Of a stretch of 64,000 nt of DNA, positions 54,101 through 64,000 are shown one piece after another. The translations under genes and the position numbers were made by a program. The stretch comes from Stegostoma tigrinum (Eukaryota): positions 76,973,723-77,037,722 of the forward strand of contig NC_081366.1 in the NCBI RefSeq assembly GCF_030684315.1. Direction: 5' to 3'. The notes beneath the pieces are model-generated. The model did not search any database. It saw only the letters and a list, made by a program, of their open reading frames with translations, and had not been told where the DNA came from. Within the stretch, counting starts at the first letter, position 1, and every line of letters begins with the position of its first letter.

Positions 54101-55574
54101 GAACATGAGAAGCTGACTGATATCAGGCAGCAAGATATTAAACACAAAAATTATTTACTCAAAAGTTGATGCTGAGGTCAAAAACTTTGCAACAAAATGA
54201 ATAAACTGGTAATAATTGGTCTTGTTTGGATTTTAAAAGGAATCTCTATTCTTAAAAAAAATTCTGCAAAGAGAATAACAGTTTCAAAAAGGGCTTCCAG
54301 GGTTTTGATTGACAGAAGTATGCTTAATCCCAAATTTAACAAGAGATCATGCACATTGGTTACACATAAAATGCATTATGTTATGACTGTGACATTAATG
54401 CTGCATAGTAGGGAAATTACACTTTCACTGTCAACATCTGTCCTGTTAAGTTTAGTGTCCCAAAATAAAACAAAAACATATGCTCATTCATGTTAGGTCC
54501 ATAGTTTTAAACAAGTGAATTTCAATTAATTTTATTCGACAAATGTTATTCAATAAAAAAAACTTTCTCCAAACATTTTTGGGGTTACCTGGATAAAATG
54601 TTGCACTATCCTGACATAAATACAATGGGGATTGTCCTTGGCAATGGTTCTACTATTTACAAATACAGGATGAAAAAGCAACATTGTAGATTCCTAGGGA
54701 GTTTATCTGGCGTTATTTATCTAGTGACAATTAGGAAATGTGCAAGGGATCAACATGTAAAATCAGGCTGATGATCTTGGGCTCGGGATATGTCAATAAT
54801 GCAGCACTCGTATTTTTGCAACCCATTTGAACCAAGGAGTACCCAGCAGCCCATTTCTAGTGGTTATTAAAACATACACTGCCAATCGTACATTAAGTGT
54901 GACCCAACCATCACACTTTATATTGACAGCACTCTTCGATGACAGTGAACCTTTGACACTTTTGTGAGAAATTCTCTCATCAACATACGAAAATAGTTAT
55001 CCATGAGGCCAACTGTAGCACATTAAGCTATCTCATCTGAAACTTACCAGACTGACAGAAGGCTCATAATACAGAACTGGACTAACTCATATTTTTGAAC
55101 AACGGCTGTGAAGTCATGGACTGAACACTTACATTTGTGGTGGGAAGGCATCCGGATTCCATTCTGGATATCTGGAAAAGTGGACATTACAATTCATCAC
55201 AAATCCCAATTATTTAATTTACTAAAAATTGACAGTTTTATCAATGAACAGAAGACATTTCAAAACAATTAAGTTTATATCACATGCAAGAGCAATCAGG
55301 TGCAGGAAGAGGAATCAAAGCACAGTGCAAGGCGTTAAAGTCATCAGGTAAAATGTTTACAACTAACTCATCTTCCCCGACAAAATACTCATTACAGATT
55401 TCTGGAAGAAAGTAGATGGAATTGCTATAATTACCAACAATGTGATGATTATAGCATTTAAGTCAGTAAAAGCAGACTACACAACATGATTTGCAAGTAA
55501 AAATCTCCATACATTTCCACAAGAAGGTCACAAAGTCGTCGGTGAGTCGTACTATTGTTGTGTTGGTTCCAATC
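24126..55574 (-). CDS. MATR3: Matrin-3 / Matrin-3-like, 5'-partial; exons 55513..55574, 55133..55171, 53718..53833, 48316..48389, 47242..47379, 45830..45961, 40925..41065, 37590..37721, 34679..34731, 33150..33564, 29873..30197, 25599..25720, 24126..24191
   Basis: GT-AG exons join in frame. They match MATR3 motifs: W..H....[31 protein letters not shown], two RRMs, [34 protein letters not shown]. Exon organisation parallels human MATR3. Confidence 0.88.
24925..24960 (-). CDS. MATR3: Candidate MATR3 alternative cassette or terminal exon ([12 protein letters not shown], or ...GKVS* if the donor is skipped)
   Basis: Phase-0 acceptor ctaag and consensus donor AAA|gtgagt. K-x-L-x-K start resembles the last exon. 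Confidence 0.45.
25599..25720 (-). CDS. MATR3: MATR3 exon, matrin-type zinc finger 2
   Basis: [41 protein letters not shown]; 122 nt. Confidence 0.95.
29873..30197 (-). CDS. MATR3: MATR3 exon, acidic region ending [10 protein letters not shown]
   Basis: Strong acceptor; [10 protein letters not shown] and LGPYxPNxPVG motifs; gtaagg donor. Confidence 0.9.
31108..31425 (-). mobile_element. Full-length V-SINE (HE1-like)
   Basis: tRNA head gggcggcacgg... on the - strand, V-domain and CR1-type tail. Confidence 0.85.
31940..32615 (+). mobile_element. CR1/L2-clade LINE 3' end
   Basis: Reverse orientation of the 11575 family; ends gatgggcaacaaatgctggcctagccagc..gaataaaa. Confidence 0.7.
33150..33564 (-). 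CDS. MATR3: MATR3 exon, basic NLS/RS-like segment and acidic disordered region
   Basis: [16 protein letters not shown]... then E/D-rich sequence; ttacag acceptor and gtaggc donor. Confidence 0.88.
34679..34731 (-). CDS. MATR3: MATR3 short exon ([18 protein letters not shown])
   Basis: tttcag acceptor and gtatgc donor; phase 0 to 2 fits the next exon. Confidence 0.85.
34975..35131. mobile_element. Penelope-derived mini-element with decayed hammerhead, 14-bp TSD
   Basis: TSD ttactagaaggcaa at 34961-34974 and 35132-35145. Confidence 0.85.
35807..36669. mobile_element. Penelope-derived non-autonomous element with inverted arms around (GA)/(GT) microsatellite
   Basis: The arm at ~35850-36040 is inverted relative to ~36485-36665. 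TSD ctattccaaatgtg / ctattctaaatgcg. ctgatgaagg motif at ~36588. Confidence 0.7.
37163..37282 (-). mobile_element. Penelope pLTR-derived mini-element
   Basis: Same family as 17911; TSD tcctttatcccca / tcctttctcccca. Confidence 0.75.
37590..37721 (-). CDS. MATR3: MATR3 exon, RRM2 C-half
   Basis: [44 protein letters not shown]; gtaagt donor. Confidence 0.92.
39803..40452 (-). mobile_element. CR1 LINE 3' end
   Basis: [33 protein letters not shown]; catagaa tandem tail. Confidence 0.92.
40925..41065 (-). CDS. MATR3: MATR3 exon, RRM2 N-half
   Basis: [40 protein letters not shown]. Confidence 0.92.
44816..44970. mobile_element. Penelope-derived palindromic mini-element with hammerhead motif, 15-bp TSD
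   Basis: Perfect TSD ctaacccattctgta at 44801-44815 and 44971-44985; inverted ataacaaagtgtgaagctggatgaa arms. Confidence 0.88.
45830..45961 (-). CDS. MATR3: MATR3 exon, RRM1 C-half
   Basis: [44 protein letters not shown]; 132 nt, phase 0-0. Confidence 0.9.
46180..46680 (-). mobile_element. Cluster of three short tRNA-derived SINE units
   Basis: Three A-box/B-box-like units (e.g. TGGCACAGTGG..GGGATCAAGTTCC) at ~46205-46275, 46500-46570 and 46605-46680. Confidence 0.6.
47242..47379 (-). CDS. MATR3: MATR3 exon, RRM1 N-half
   Basis: [40 protein letters not shown]; gtaagc donor. Confidence 0.9.
48316..48389 (-). CDS. MATR3: MATR3 linker exon ([25 protein letters not shown])
   Basis: ttttag acceptor and gttggt donor; phase 1 to 0 fits the flanking exons. 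Confidence 0.75.
48975..49277 (-). mobile_element. V-SINE (HE1-like), preceded by a Penelope pLTR fragment at 48845-48970
   Basis: Same family as 31108-31425. Confidence 0.8.
50090..50218 (-). mobile_element. Penelope pLTR fragment with hammerhead motif (50186-50215)
   Basis: CUGAGGA..GGAUCACUGGACCU-GAAAC-GUU on the - strand; similar to 200-300. Confidence 0.7.
50455..51590 (-). mobile_element. CR1/L2-clade LINE RT fragment
   Basis: [19 protein letters not shown]; [17 protein letters not shown]; [14 protein letters not shown]. Confidence 0.85.
51595..53460. mobile_element. CR1 fragments in opposite orientations (RT on -, endonuclease on +)
   Basis: [21 protein letters not shown] on the - strand; LIMDDINL (GDFN remnant) on the + strand. 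Confidence 0.7.
53718..53833 (-). CDS. MATR3: MATR3 exon ([20 protein letters not shown]...), includes the PTB-interacting GILGPPP motif
   Basis: ttccag acceptor and gtaatg donor; [12 protein letters not shown] motif of MATR3. Confidence 0.92.
55133..55171 (-). CDS. MATR3: MATR3 exon ([12 protein letters not shown])
   Basis: ttccag acceptor and gtaagt donor; YPEWNPD motif. Confidence 0.9.
55513..55574 (-). CDS. MATR3: MATR3 exon, second half of zinc finger 1 ([21 protein letters not shown])
   Basis: 62-nt exon with ttctag acceptor and gtatgg donor; similar to MATR3 [21 protein letters not shown]. Confidence 0.9.
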
Positions 55575-58500
55575 CTAGAAAGAGGAAAAGAATATTAATA
55601 ACTACACCAACTGAAAAATCCAATCTGCAAACTACATGAAGTAGCAACTGACAAGCTTGAAGACTTCATAGAGCGAATACAACTATAGAATATCAAAAGA
55701 CAGATTATTACAATTATTTGGAATATACTTTTCACTGTAAATAGAAATGCAAATTCATCTTCAGCCATATTTCTCACATCTGAAATATTCTTTAGATATT
55801 GCCAAAAGGACAAGTTAATTATTTTATTGATAAATAAGATATGTCAAGACCTTTAGAAATTTAGTTTTCTACAGATTTACAAAATATTTGGTGGCCACTT
55901 TCAAAGCTGTTTGCTAATCAGAACAAGTGAACATTAAATGAACACACCTATTTGTTCTTTGATTACATATATTTTAAATTCGTTCAGGGGATTTGTGTTT
56001 CACTGCCAGGGCCAACATTTATTGACCATCTCTAGTTGGCCTTGAGAAGACAATGGTGAGCTGTCTTCTTGAACTGCTGCAGTCAATTTGGGGTAGGCAC
56101 ACCCACAATGCTGTTATAAACTTGCTGTCCAAGTTTTTCTGCACTTCTGTTTCAGCATTTAAAAAGAGTTGTTAAATATTCTGCAGTCATCAGCGAACAT
56201 CCCTACCTCTACCATTATGATGGAAGGAAGGTCATTGATAATGCAACTGAAGATGGCTGGACATTTGTAGGAGTAACCTGTACCTGGCTATGTAAGGTAA
56301 CTTGTGCCTGACTACACGAAGCAGCCCATGCCTGCTTACAAGATGGCAGACAGATGCGAAGCAAAACTAAGCAGCCTGCTCACACAGTCAAATACAATGG
56401 TACCTTTGAACAGAACTGCTAGGAGGTCATTAAAAGAATGCTGTATGTTCCCAATCGAAATAGTTCTGATAAAAGGATGCCTTAGGGTAGATAAATAATC
56501 AGCTCTAGCCTTATTAATGAAAGGATGATTGTCCCAGTAAATGAATAATATGAGGTGCTAGATTAAGTCCTCAAACAACTGCAAGGATAACAGCTCAAGT
56601 TATTTCACAGTAAATAGCCTCTTTGAAGCTGCCAGCAATAACAGTTTCTAGCTAAAAATGCCCTTAATCATAGAAGATGATTTCAATACACAACTAGAGT
56701 ATAATACAAGCCTTAAAAAACATTTAAGCTTAGATGTGACAGTTAACTAGCCTTCAGAGATGCCTGTTCTTATGCCCTAAACAAAACAGATCGCTCACGA
56801 CCCATAATGCTGACAATAGAAGTAGTTGTAATGTTACACTTATAATTAGCTTCATAACAGAAGTTAACTTTATAGCACTTAGTTAAAACTAATGAACTTT
56901 TTATTTTTACATTATGTAATTGGGTCAGTGAGAAAACAAAAGGAGTAACTGACTATGATAAAAGGCAACATTAACAGAATTCGAGCTATCCTTAAAGATA
57001 AACAAGCCTGAGAAAGGCACGCAGGAATATAGCCATTAAACTTCTGGCCCTCTCCCTGCATGAACCGGTTTTTGCTTGAATAAACATCTTCCACTTGTCC
57101 GAATCTTGCCCGTCTCCTGAGTCTTGATCTCTGGTCGGAAAAAATACCTGCCTACAATATTGGATGCTATCCTGTGGAATTCACAGAGAAATGTCCTGAA
57201 GCTCAGAATTACGCTCTCTAACAACCATAATAACCTCCCTTTCAATTGTGCAATATTCGACAGTAGAAATATGTTCACTATGGACAGCAACGGAGGGGAA
57301 CAAAGCTCAGAAACTTGACAATTCCAGGTTTGAGGGATATTATCACAGTAAAATCTTTCAAAATGATCAGTCATTGCTTATAAAATAGTTGGAATCAATT
57401 GTTTCATTAACACAGCTGCAGTATACAGTGAAATACCACTGTTATTAAATAGGTCATTGATGAAAAAAGTGCAGGTGACACGGAATTTGGAAAATCTAAA
57501 ACTGTAATTTACACAAATCATCACACTACTGTATTCTTTTAGTAGAAAATCTAACCTCAACAGAAAAGAAAATAACAAAGCATTAAGGGTAACAAGGTGC
57601 AGAAATTTGAGAGAGTCAAAATCAATGATGTTAAATTATATGGGCATTTTTTCCCATCTGATCTCAAGAAGGTCAGTAAAACATGCAGGAATAAAGCACG
57701 AAGACTATGTCAAGTTTATTGAACGTACAAGACTCAGTAGATATGAGATTTGCATGAAACAGTGATGGACACCATCACAGCCTATAGCAAGTCCATTGTT
57801 AGCAAGCGATTTCATTGAAGCAGTGGCTACAGATTTAGAAGTGTGAGACCAAGAGAAGCGTTTTCAATTTACAATTTGCAGATTTGGCAACCAGAGTTGG
57901 CTAGTCAAAACAAATACACAGTAAAGAAAATATCTGTGAATGAAGTAATAGGAAAGTGGGCAGTAACTGGCGTTAAACTGTCAGCAAACTGTCTCACTAA
58001 CATTCGGGTTAAATTTGTTAATAATGAATTTAGGTGTGTGTACACCCAAATGGACATAATCACTATGAATGCCCATTTAGCAACATGAAGTATTAAAGAA
58101 ATAATTTGGCAACAGGCAAAATGATACATAAAGTTTTGGCAGTCTGACCAAACTGTAAATTATCAGCTGCAGCAGCGTGGGCTGTCCACGCCAAAACACA
58201 GCTGTAACCATTTGGAGGATATCATCCATATCAGTTTTTGGTAGAAATCCTAAAGTTCTGTCAATAATGAGTTATCAGGCCCCAACTTGGGATGGGACTA
58301 AATCAGCTGGAATTTTTTCTTAGAGCATTTGAACTGCAGAAATGCTTTCTATTAAAGCCAAAGTCTTAGAAAGAAAAACTGATGAACCTCAAAACATAAC
58401 GGAAGGCCACTAGAAAACAATTTCAGACAGGGAGACATCATTTATAATAAAAAAGGGAGGGGTTTAATTAGTAGAAAGGCTTGATAAAGATGGGAAAATA

Positions 58501-59735
58501 ATAATAATGATATAGAATAGGAACCAGACAGTTCGGGTACACATTCCATGGATACTGGCACTTTTTGCAGCAGAAGCATTAGGAGAAATTTTAAAGAGAG
58601 ACTCAAAACTAAGACTCATGGAGCTCTCTATCAAGAAAATATCATAAGATAACATACATCCAATGAAATGCATGAAATTAGACTGAGGGTCAATATTGCA
58701 GTTTTAAAACTGAAACTGGAGAACGAAGAAAACTCTAATTTTAAACAAGTGGATGCTGCAACAGCCAGGTACCTGACTGCTTTATCAACAAAATTCCAGA
58801 AGTGTCAGAAAAGCTCGCAAAAGGGTATTTGGAACTTTATTGTGCACTAAAAGGAAATAGAAACATACATGTCATTTCGTATTTTTTTTAAAAAAATGAT
58901 TATTTATCAAAATTGATTTAGAACATTAAGAAGCAGAAAGGGTGTGGGACGGATGCTCGTTGGAAAATGGAACTGGAAATAGGTGATTTTAACCAAGGGA
59001 CAATGGCTGAGTATTTGGCTGTGCATTTGGGGAAAATAGGGCAATCAGTGTGGCTGGGGTTCGTGACGTGTAACCTAGAAAGAAATTGGACTAGAGAAGC
59101 ATTTGACTGGATCTGTCAGCCAGTATTTTAAATGCTGGTATTTAACACTTAAAACTTATTTCTTTGAACCTGAATGGAAGCAAGAGAAAATCATGAGACA
59201 AGTTATTTGTAAAAACTCAAGTTTTTAGCAAATCAGAAAAAACGATTAACTGAAATAATGAGCGAGAATTTCGATGGCAGTTTTAAATTTTTCTCCAAAA
59301 ATCAGTCTAATAACGGATAACACAATACAATTTCTTTTGGTCATAAACCTTCCCGAAGACAATGGGAAAACAATAACAAGTTCCTTTATTTGACAATTTC
59401 CATATACAAGTAACACCAAACCAAAATAACAGTACCGCAACTCTGGTAATCAACATATTAGACTGAAGTTTGGACTTACACATTAGAGATTTCCTCCATG
59501 TAGATCTGAAGTTAATAGAATAACGCTTTCTGAAAATGCAAGATAAAGCCCTACATTTGATCCTAATCAAAAGGTACGGTGAGAATAAACACAAAAACCT
59601 TCCTGAAAAGACAAGAGGGATAAATATGTGGCTAAAGGAATGTTGTAACAGAGGATAGCATACTGGCATGAGAACTGGGCCAGGTATGGTACTTTTGCAA
59701 CAGATTAAACTTCAACTGGTTGGGACTAGGAACTA

Positions 59736-59780
59736 CAGGAAAGAATAGGACAGGAAAGAATAGGACAGGAAAGAATAGGA
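59736..59780. repeat. Perfect 15-bp tandem repeat x3 (CAGGAAAGAATAGGA)
   Basis: Three exact copies. Confidence 0.95.
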
Positions 59781-59889
59781 CAATTATCCCTACTTTTAAT
59801 CTAGTAGGTGGTAGGAAATGGAGCAGATGGACAAGGCAGAACCAATCAACAAACAACAGTGCAGATTGGGATTAGAATAGATACATGTT

Positions 59890-62265
59890 GGGGCTGTTGG
59901 TTCGTTCACTGAGCTGACTGGTTTTCATGCAAACATTTCATCTCCCTTCAAGGCGACACAGTCAGTGCTGTCTGACCTCTTCTGAAGCACTGCAATTCTA
60001 TCCTGCTCAGAATTTATATGGTTTGGGCTGTCATGGCAGCCAGTTGTTTCCAGTTTTGTCCCGCAGTGGTATGTATGTAGATGGGGTCTTTTAACATTGG
60101 CTTATTGCATCGGTGCATGAAAACCAGGCCACCAGGAATTCTCATGCTTGTTCTTGTTTTGCTTGTCAGAGTAGTGTAACTTTGTTCTAATTAAACTGAT
60201 GTCCTGTGTCAGCGTGGATTGAAATGATGGATAGCTGGTTGTGCCATTTTGCTGCAAGTTGATGTTCATTTACTTGGAATGTGGCAAGTTTCCTGCTCAT
60301 CTGTCCTATGTAGTGTTTCCTGCAATTGCTGCATGGTATTTTGGATATCACACTTGTCCTGCTCATTGTAGGCATGGGGCCTTTCGTCTTTGAGTAGCTG
60401 GCAAAATGTGGCTGTTGGTTTGTATGCTATCTTTATTCCAAGAGGTCGTGAAAGTCTTGTAGTCAGTTCTGATGTGTATCTAATAGAGGGTAGGGTGGCC
60501 AGTGTGTTGTTTATTTGCCAGGCATTGGCAGATGAAGCTGTTGGGATACTCCAATGTTCGTAAAGTCTTTGATTAGGCGTTCTTTGTTTTTGCGCAACTC
60601 TTGGGTGTTGCAGTGTTATTGTTCGGTTAGACAGAGTCTTGACACATCTACTGTTGTAATTCAAGATTTGGTCTGTCTGTGTAGTCCTTCTGTACAAGCT
60701 GGCAAGAAATATGGGGATTTAACTGTAATTAAAAGGACACCAACAAAACTGGCTCCCTGGCTGCACTTGAGGCTGCATTGAAATCAAATGGACTCATGGG
60801 TGAAACACAACAAGCCATCCAACAAACCACAGACCCCACACTGAATAGGAGAAGCCAGACAAACACACTTAGCACATCAGGAAGAAAAGCCCCTGAAGGA
60901 TTAAAGGAGGACAGGAACATCATAATCTTACTGGCAGACAAAGGCCGCTTGATGACTACATTGAAAAAGCAGATACCAGCACTTATCAAGAGGGAGTCGA
61001 GCCCCAAACCACAGTTAGAGAACAGGATCACCTATACACCAAAGAAATTACAACAGGCAGGCCAAGTAACAAGAACAGACTTCCTAAAAGTGAAAAGTGA
61101 TGTGTCAAACTCCCCCAGACTCTATGGACTACCCAAAGTACACAAACCTGACATCCCCCTGAGATCAATAGTCTCCCTGCCAGGCACACCAATACCGAGG
61201 CTGGCCAAGGAGTTGCAACAAAGATTAAAACACCACACCAACAGATCGACCCACTCCGTACACTCAGCACAGGAATTCCTGGTCAACATCAGAAATATAA
61301 AAATCGATAAGGAGGAAATGATGGTCTCCTTCAACAATACAGTATTATTCACCTCTGTCAACATAACACTATCAAAGGAGACACTCGCCATATTACCGAA
61401 CAATCCGAAAACACAAACCTCCAATGAAACCATCATCAAAGACTAAGTGCTAAAATTACTAGACCTACGCCTTACCACGTACTTTGTTTTCAATGGTCAG
61501 GTATATTAAAAAAATTAATGGAACACCCATGGGTTCACTCATCTCAGGGCTCATAGTGGATGCCATTATGCAAAGACTAGAATGTAGAGCAACTCTCACC
61601 CCCAACCAAAGATCAAGCCTAAACTATGGGTTAGATAATGTGGGCTATACTTTCATGATCAGGAAACAAGTAAAGTTAGAAGTAACATACCACCTTATTA
61701 ACAGCATATTCACTGGGATCAAAGTTCATCAACAGACGTCAGAACATCAATCAACTCCTGTTGAACAAACAAAAATGATGAATTTCTTACCAGCGTATAC
61801 AGAAAGACTACACAGGAATGATGGGCAGGAAACTCCCCACCAGAATACATGAACACTAACTCGCAGCAAAACTGCACAACCAGCTTTCCCTCATTTCAAT
61901 TTCCATGCACGCCAACATAGAAGGACATCAGTTTAACTACAACAAAGTTATAGTACCAGGACAACCAAAACAAAGACAAGCACGAGAATTCCTGAAGGCT
62001 TGGTTTTCAATCACTGATACGATAAACAAACATGTTGATATAGACCCTATCTACAAAACCCAGAAACAAGACTGCCCACCCTGACAGATCGGACATATAA
62101 CTTCAGGATAGCCCAGGACAGAACAACAGCATTTCAAGTGAGGCTAGACAGCACTGATGATGTCACCTAGACAGGAGACGAAACGTTTGCACGAAAACCA
62201 GTCAGCTCAGTGAACCAACCAACAACTCTGACCACAACCCGAGCCACAAATCTTTGTTAAAACAT
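59890..62265. mobile_element. Penelope (Poseidon-type) element in inverted configuration: GIY-YIG/3' part on - (59890-60700), RT and 3' end on + (60760-62265)
   Basis: PRLYGLPKVHKPDIPLRSIVS, MVSF..LFTSV and GTPMGS on +; ISKIPCSNCRKHYIGQ on -. Inverted termini and a 12-bp TSD. Confidence 0.88.
62154..62187 (+). ncRNA. Minimal hammerhead ribozyme motif in Penelope pLTR
   Basis: CUGAUGA-U-GUCACCUAGACAGGAGAC-GAAAC-GUU. Confidence 0.65.
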
Positions 62266-62384
62266 TAGATGCATGTTTGATGATCGATACAGACACAATG
62301 GGGCAAAAGCCTCATTCTATGTTGAAAGAACTGTGACTCTATGACTTTGTTCAGGCAGCAAATTTGACAACCACACACAGTTAG

Positions 62385-63900
62385 ACAACACGGAATAAGG
62401 CCCTTCAGTCCATGCCGACTTTAATCCCAAATGAAATGAGTCGCACCTGCCTGCATTTGATCCATTTCCCTCCAAACATTTGTTATTTATGTACTTATCC
62501 AAAATGCCTTAAAATGTTGTAACTGTACCTGCTTCCACCGCTTCCTTGGCAGTTCATTCCACCCATGAACCACTCTCTGTGTGAAAAATCTGCCCTGAAT
62601 TTTTTTTTAATCTTTCTCTCCTCACCTTAAAATTATGTCCCCGGTCTTGAAATAACCCAAACCTGGAAGCAAACACCGGTCATTCACATTATCTCATCAT
62701 TTTATCAGCTTCTTTCAGGTCACCCCTCAACCTGCTACGATCCAGTGAAAAAGTCCCAACCTATCCAGCCTCCTCTTATAACTTAAACCCTCCATTCCTG
62801 GAAACACTCTGGTAGATCTTTGGTGAACCCTCTCCAGCTTAATAATATCCTTCCTACAACAGGGTGACCAGAATTGGGCATAGTACCCTGAACAGGTCTC
62901 ACCAACATGCTAGACAACCTCAACATGACATCTCAACTCCTATATCAAAGGTCTGAGCAATGAAGGCAAGCGTACTAAACACCTTCTTAACTACCCTTTA
63001 TCCAAGTCATTTACATAAATTTTGAACAGTTCAGGTACCAGCATTGATTCCTGTGGCACAACACTCATTACATCTTGCTAACCTGAAAGAGACCCTTTGT
63101 ATTTACTCCCTGTTTCATCTTAGCCCACCAATCTACTATCCAATGTCAATATGCTACTCCTTACAACCTGAGCTTCTATTTTCTGCAATAACCAATGATG
63201 TGGCGCCTTACTAAATGCCTTCCAGAAATCCAAGTCAAACATATGCACAAGTTCCTCTTTATCCACAACATGCAATACCTTGTCAAAGAACTCTAACAGG
63301 TTGATGTAGTATGATTTCTCTTCCATAAAACTATGTTGATTCTGTCTGATTACCTTGAATTTATCAGTGTCCTATTACAGTCTCTTTAATAATTGTGTCT
63401 AGTATTTTCCTTATGATAAATGTTAAGCTAACTAACTGGCCTTCAGACTCCTTCCATTTTTGAATGAAAAAAGTACGTTCGCTATCCTCCAAACGAATTG
63501 GGCTGCACCCAAATCAAGGGAGTTTTGGAATATTAAACCAATGCATCAAGTATCTCATTAGTCACATTTGGTAAGACCCTAGGATAAAGACTTTCAGGAG
63601 TCAGGATTTGTCAGACCACAGTTCCAACAAGTTACTCATTACCACTTCTCTGGCTATAGCGATTTCCCCCCCAAGTTCCTGCCTCTCTTTCACTTTATGA
63701 TGTATTTTCGCTCCTGGAGTGTTACTTGTATCCTCTATACTAAAGAAAGATGCAACATACCAGTTCAGTTATTCTGACATTTACTTGACTTTCAATAATA
63801 ATTCTTCAGTTTCACTTTGTATAAAATCACGGCTCACTTGTTAACACTTTATAGAAAAATATTTATAAGTTTCTGTTTCTATTTTTCTGGATAGCTTTCG
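62385..63900 (-). mobile_element. Degenerate CR1 LINE
   Basis: NLLEFFDKV..VDK..LDFWKAFSKAPH on the - strand; CR1 3' UTR at the left end. Confidence 0.8.
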
Positions 63901-63914
63901 CTCAGACTGTATAA

Positions 63915-64000
63915 TCACAGAATCTTTGCAGTGTGGAAACAGGGCATTCACCCCAACAAGTCCACAATGACTCTCCGAAGAGCATTCCACCTAGACTCAA
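63915..64000 (-). mobile_element. V-SINE 3' end, cut by the window edge
   Basis: gtggaaacagggcattcaccccaacaagtccaca matches the tail of 31108 and 48975. Confidence 0.65.

Noticed and set aside
25721-55512. Intronic snoRNAs (human MATR3/SNHG4 region hosts SNORA74)
   Set aside because: No convincing C/D or H/ACA structure was recognised; an Infernal/Rfam scan would be needed.
57008-57151. 144-nt open phase-0 segment (AGIFSDQRSRLRRRARFGQ...) as a MATR3 cassette exon
   Set aside because: The only in-frame donor at that end is a poor GC site (gcttgt), and inclusion would split zinc finger 1.

Overview
Vertebrate genomic DNA, most likely from a cartilaginous fish (shark). This is inferred from the V-SINE/HE1-like SINEs, CR1 LINEs and Penelope elements. 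The window holds two convergent multi-exon genes. (1) On the + strand at about 3258-14270 is an intact 8-exon immunoglobulin-superfamily gene of about 541 aa. It has a split leader, a single-exon pre-joined V(J) domain with no RSS, three IgH-constant-like C1-set domains, an uncharged TM and a cytoplasmic tail with an ITIM-type SFYENV motif. It looks like a non-rearranging, antibody-heavy-chain-shaped receptor with inhibitory-receptor features, and it is the most interesting object here. (2) On the - strand at about 20690-55574 is the 3' part of a Matrin-3 (MATR3 or MATR3-like) gene, with 13 coding exons covering the end of ZnF1, RRM1, RRM2, the acidic region and ZnF2. It may also have a duplicated alternative C-terminal exon, and its 5' exons were not found in the window. 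Introns and intergenic DNA contain CR1/L2 LINE fragments, tRNA-derived SINEs and two kinds of Penelope-like elements. They also contain several ~120-160 bp Penelope-derived mini-elements carrying hammerhead-ribozyme motifs with 13-15 bp target-site duplications. All exon calls were made by eye from splice sites and reading frame, and homology statements come from recalled family motifs rather than from searches.
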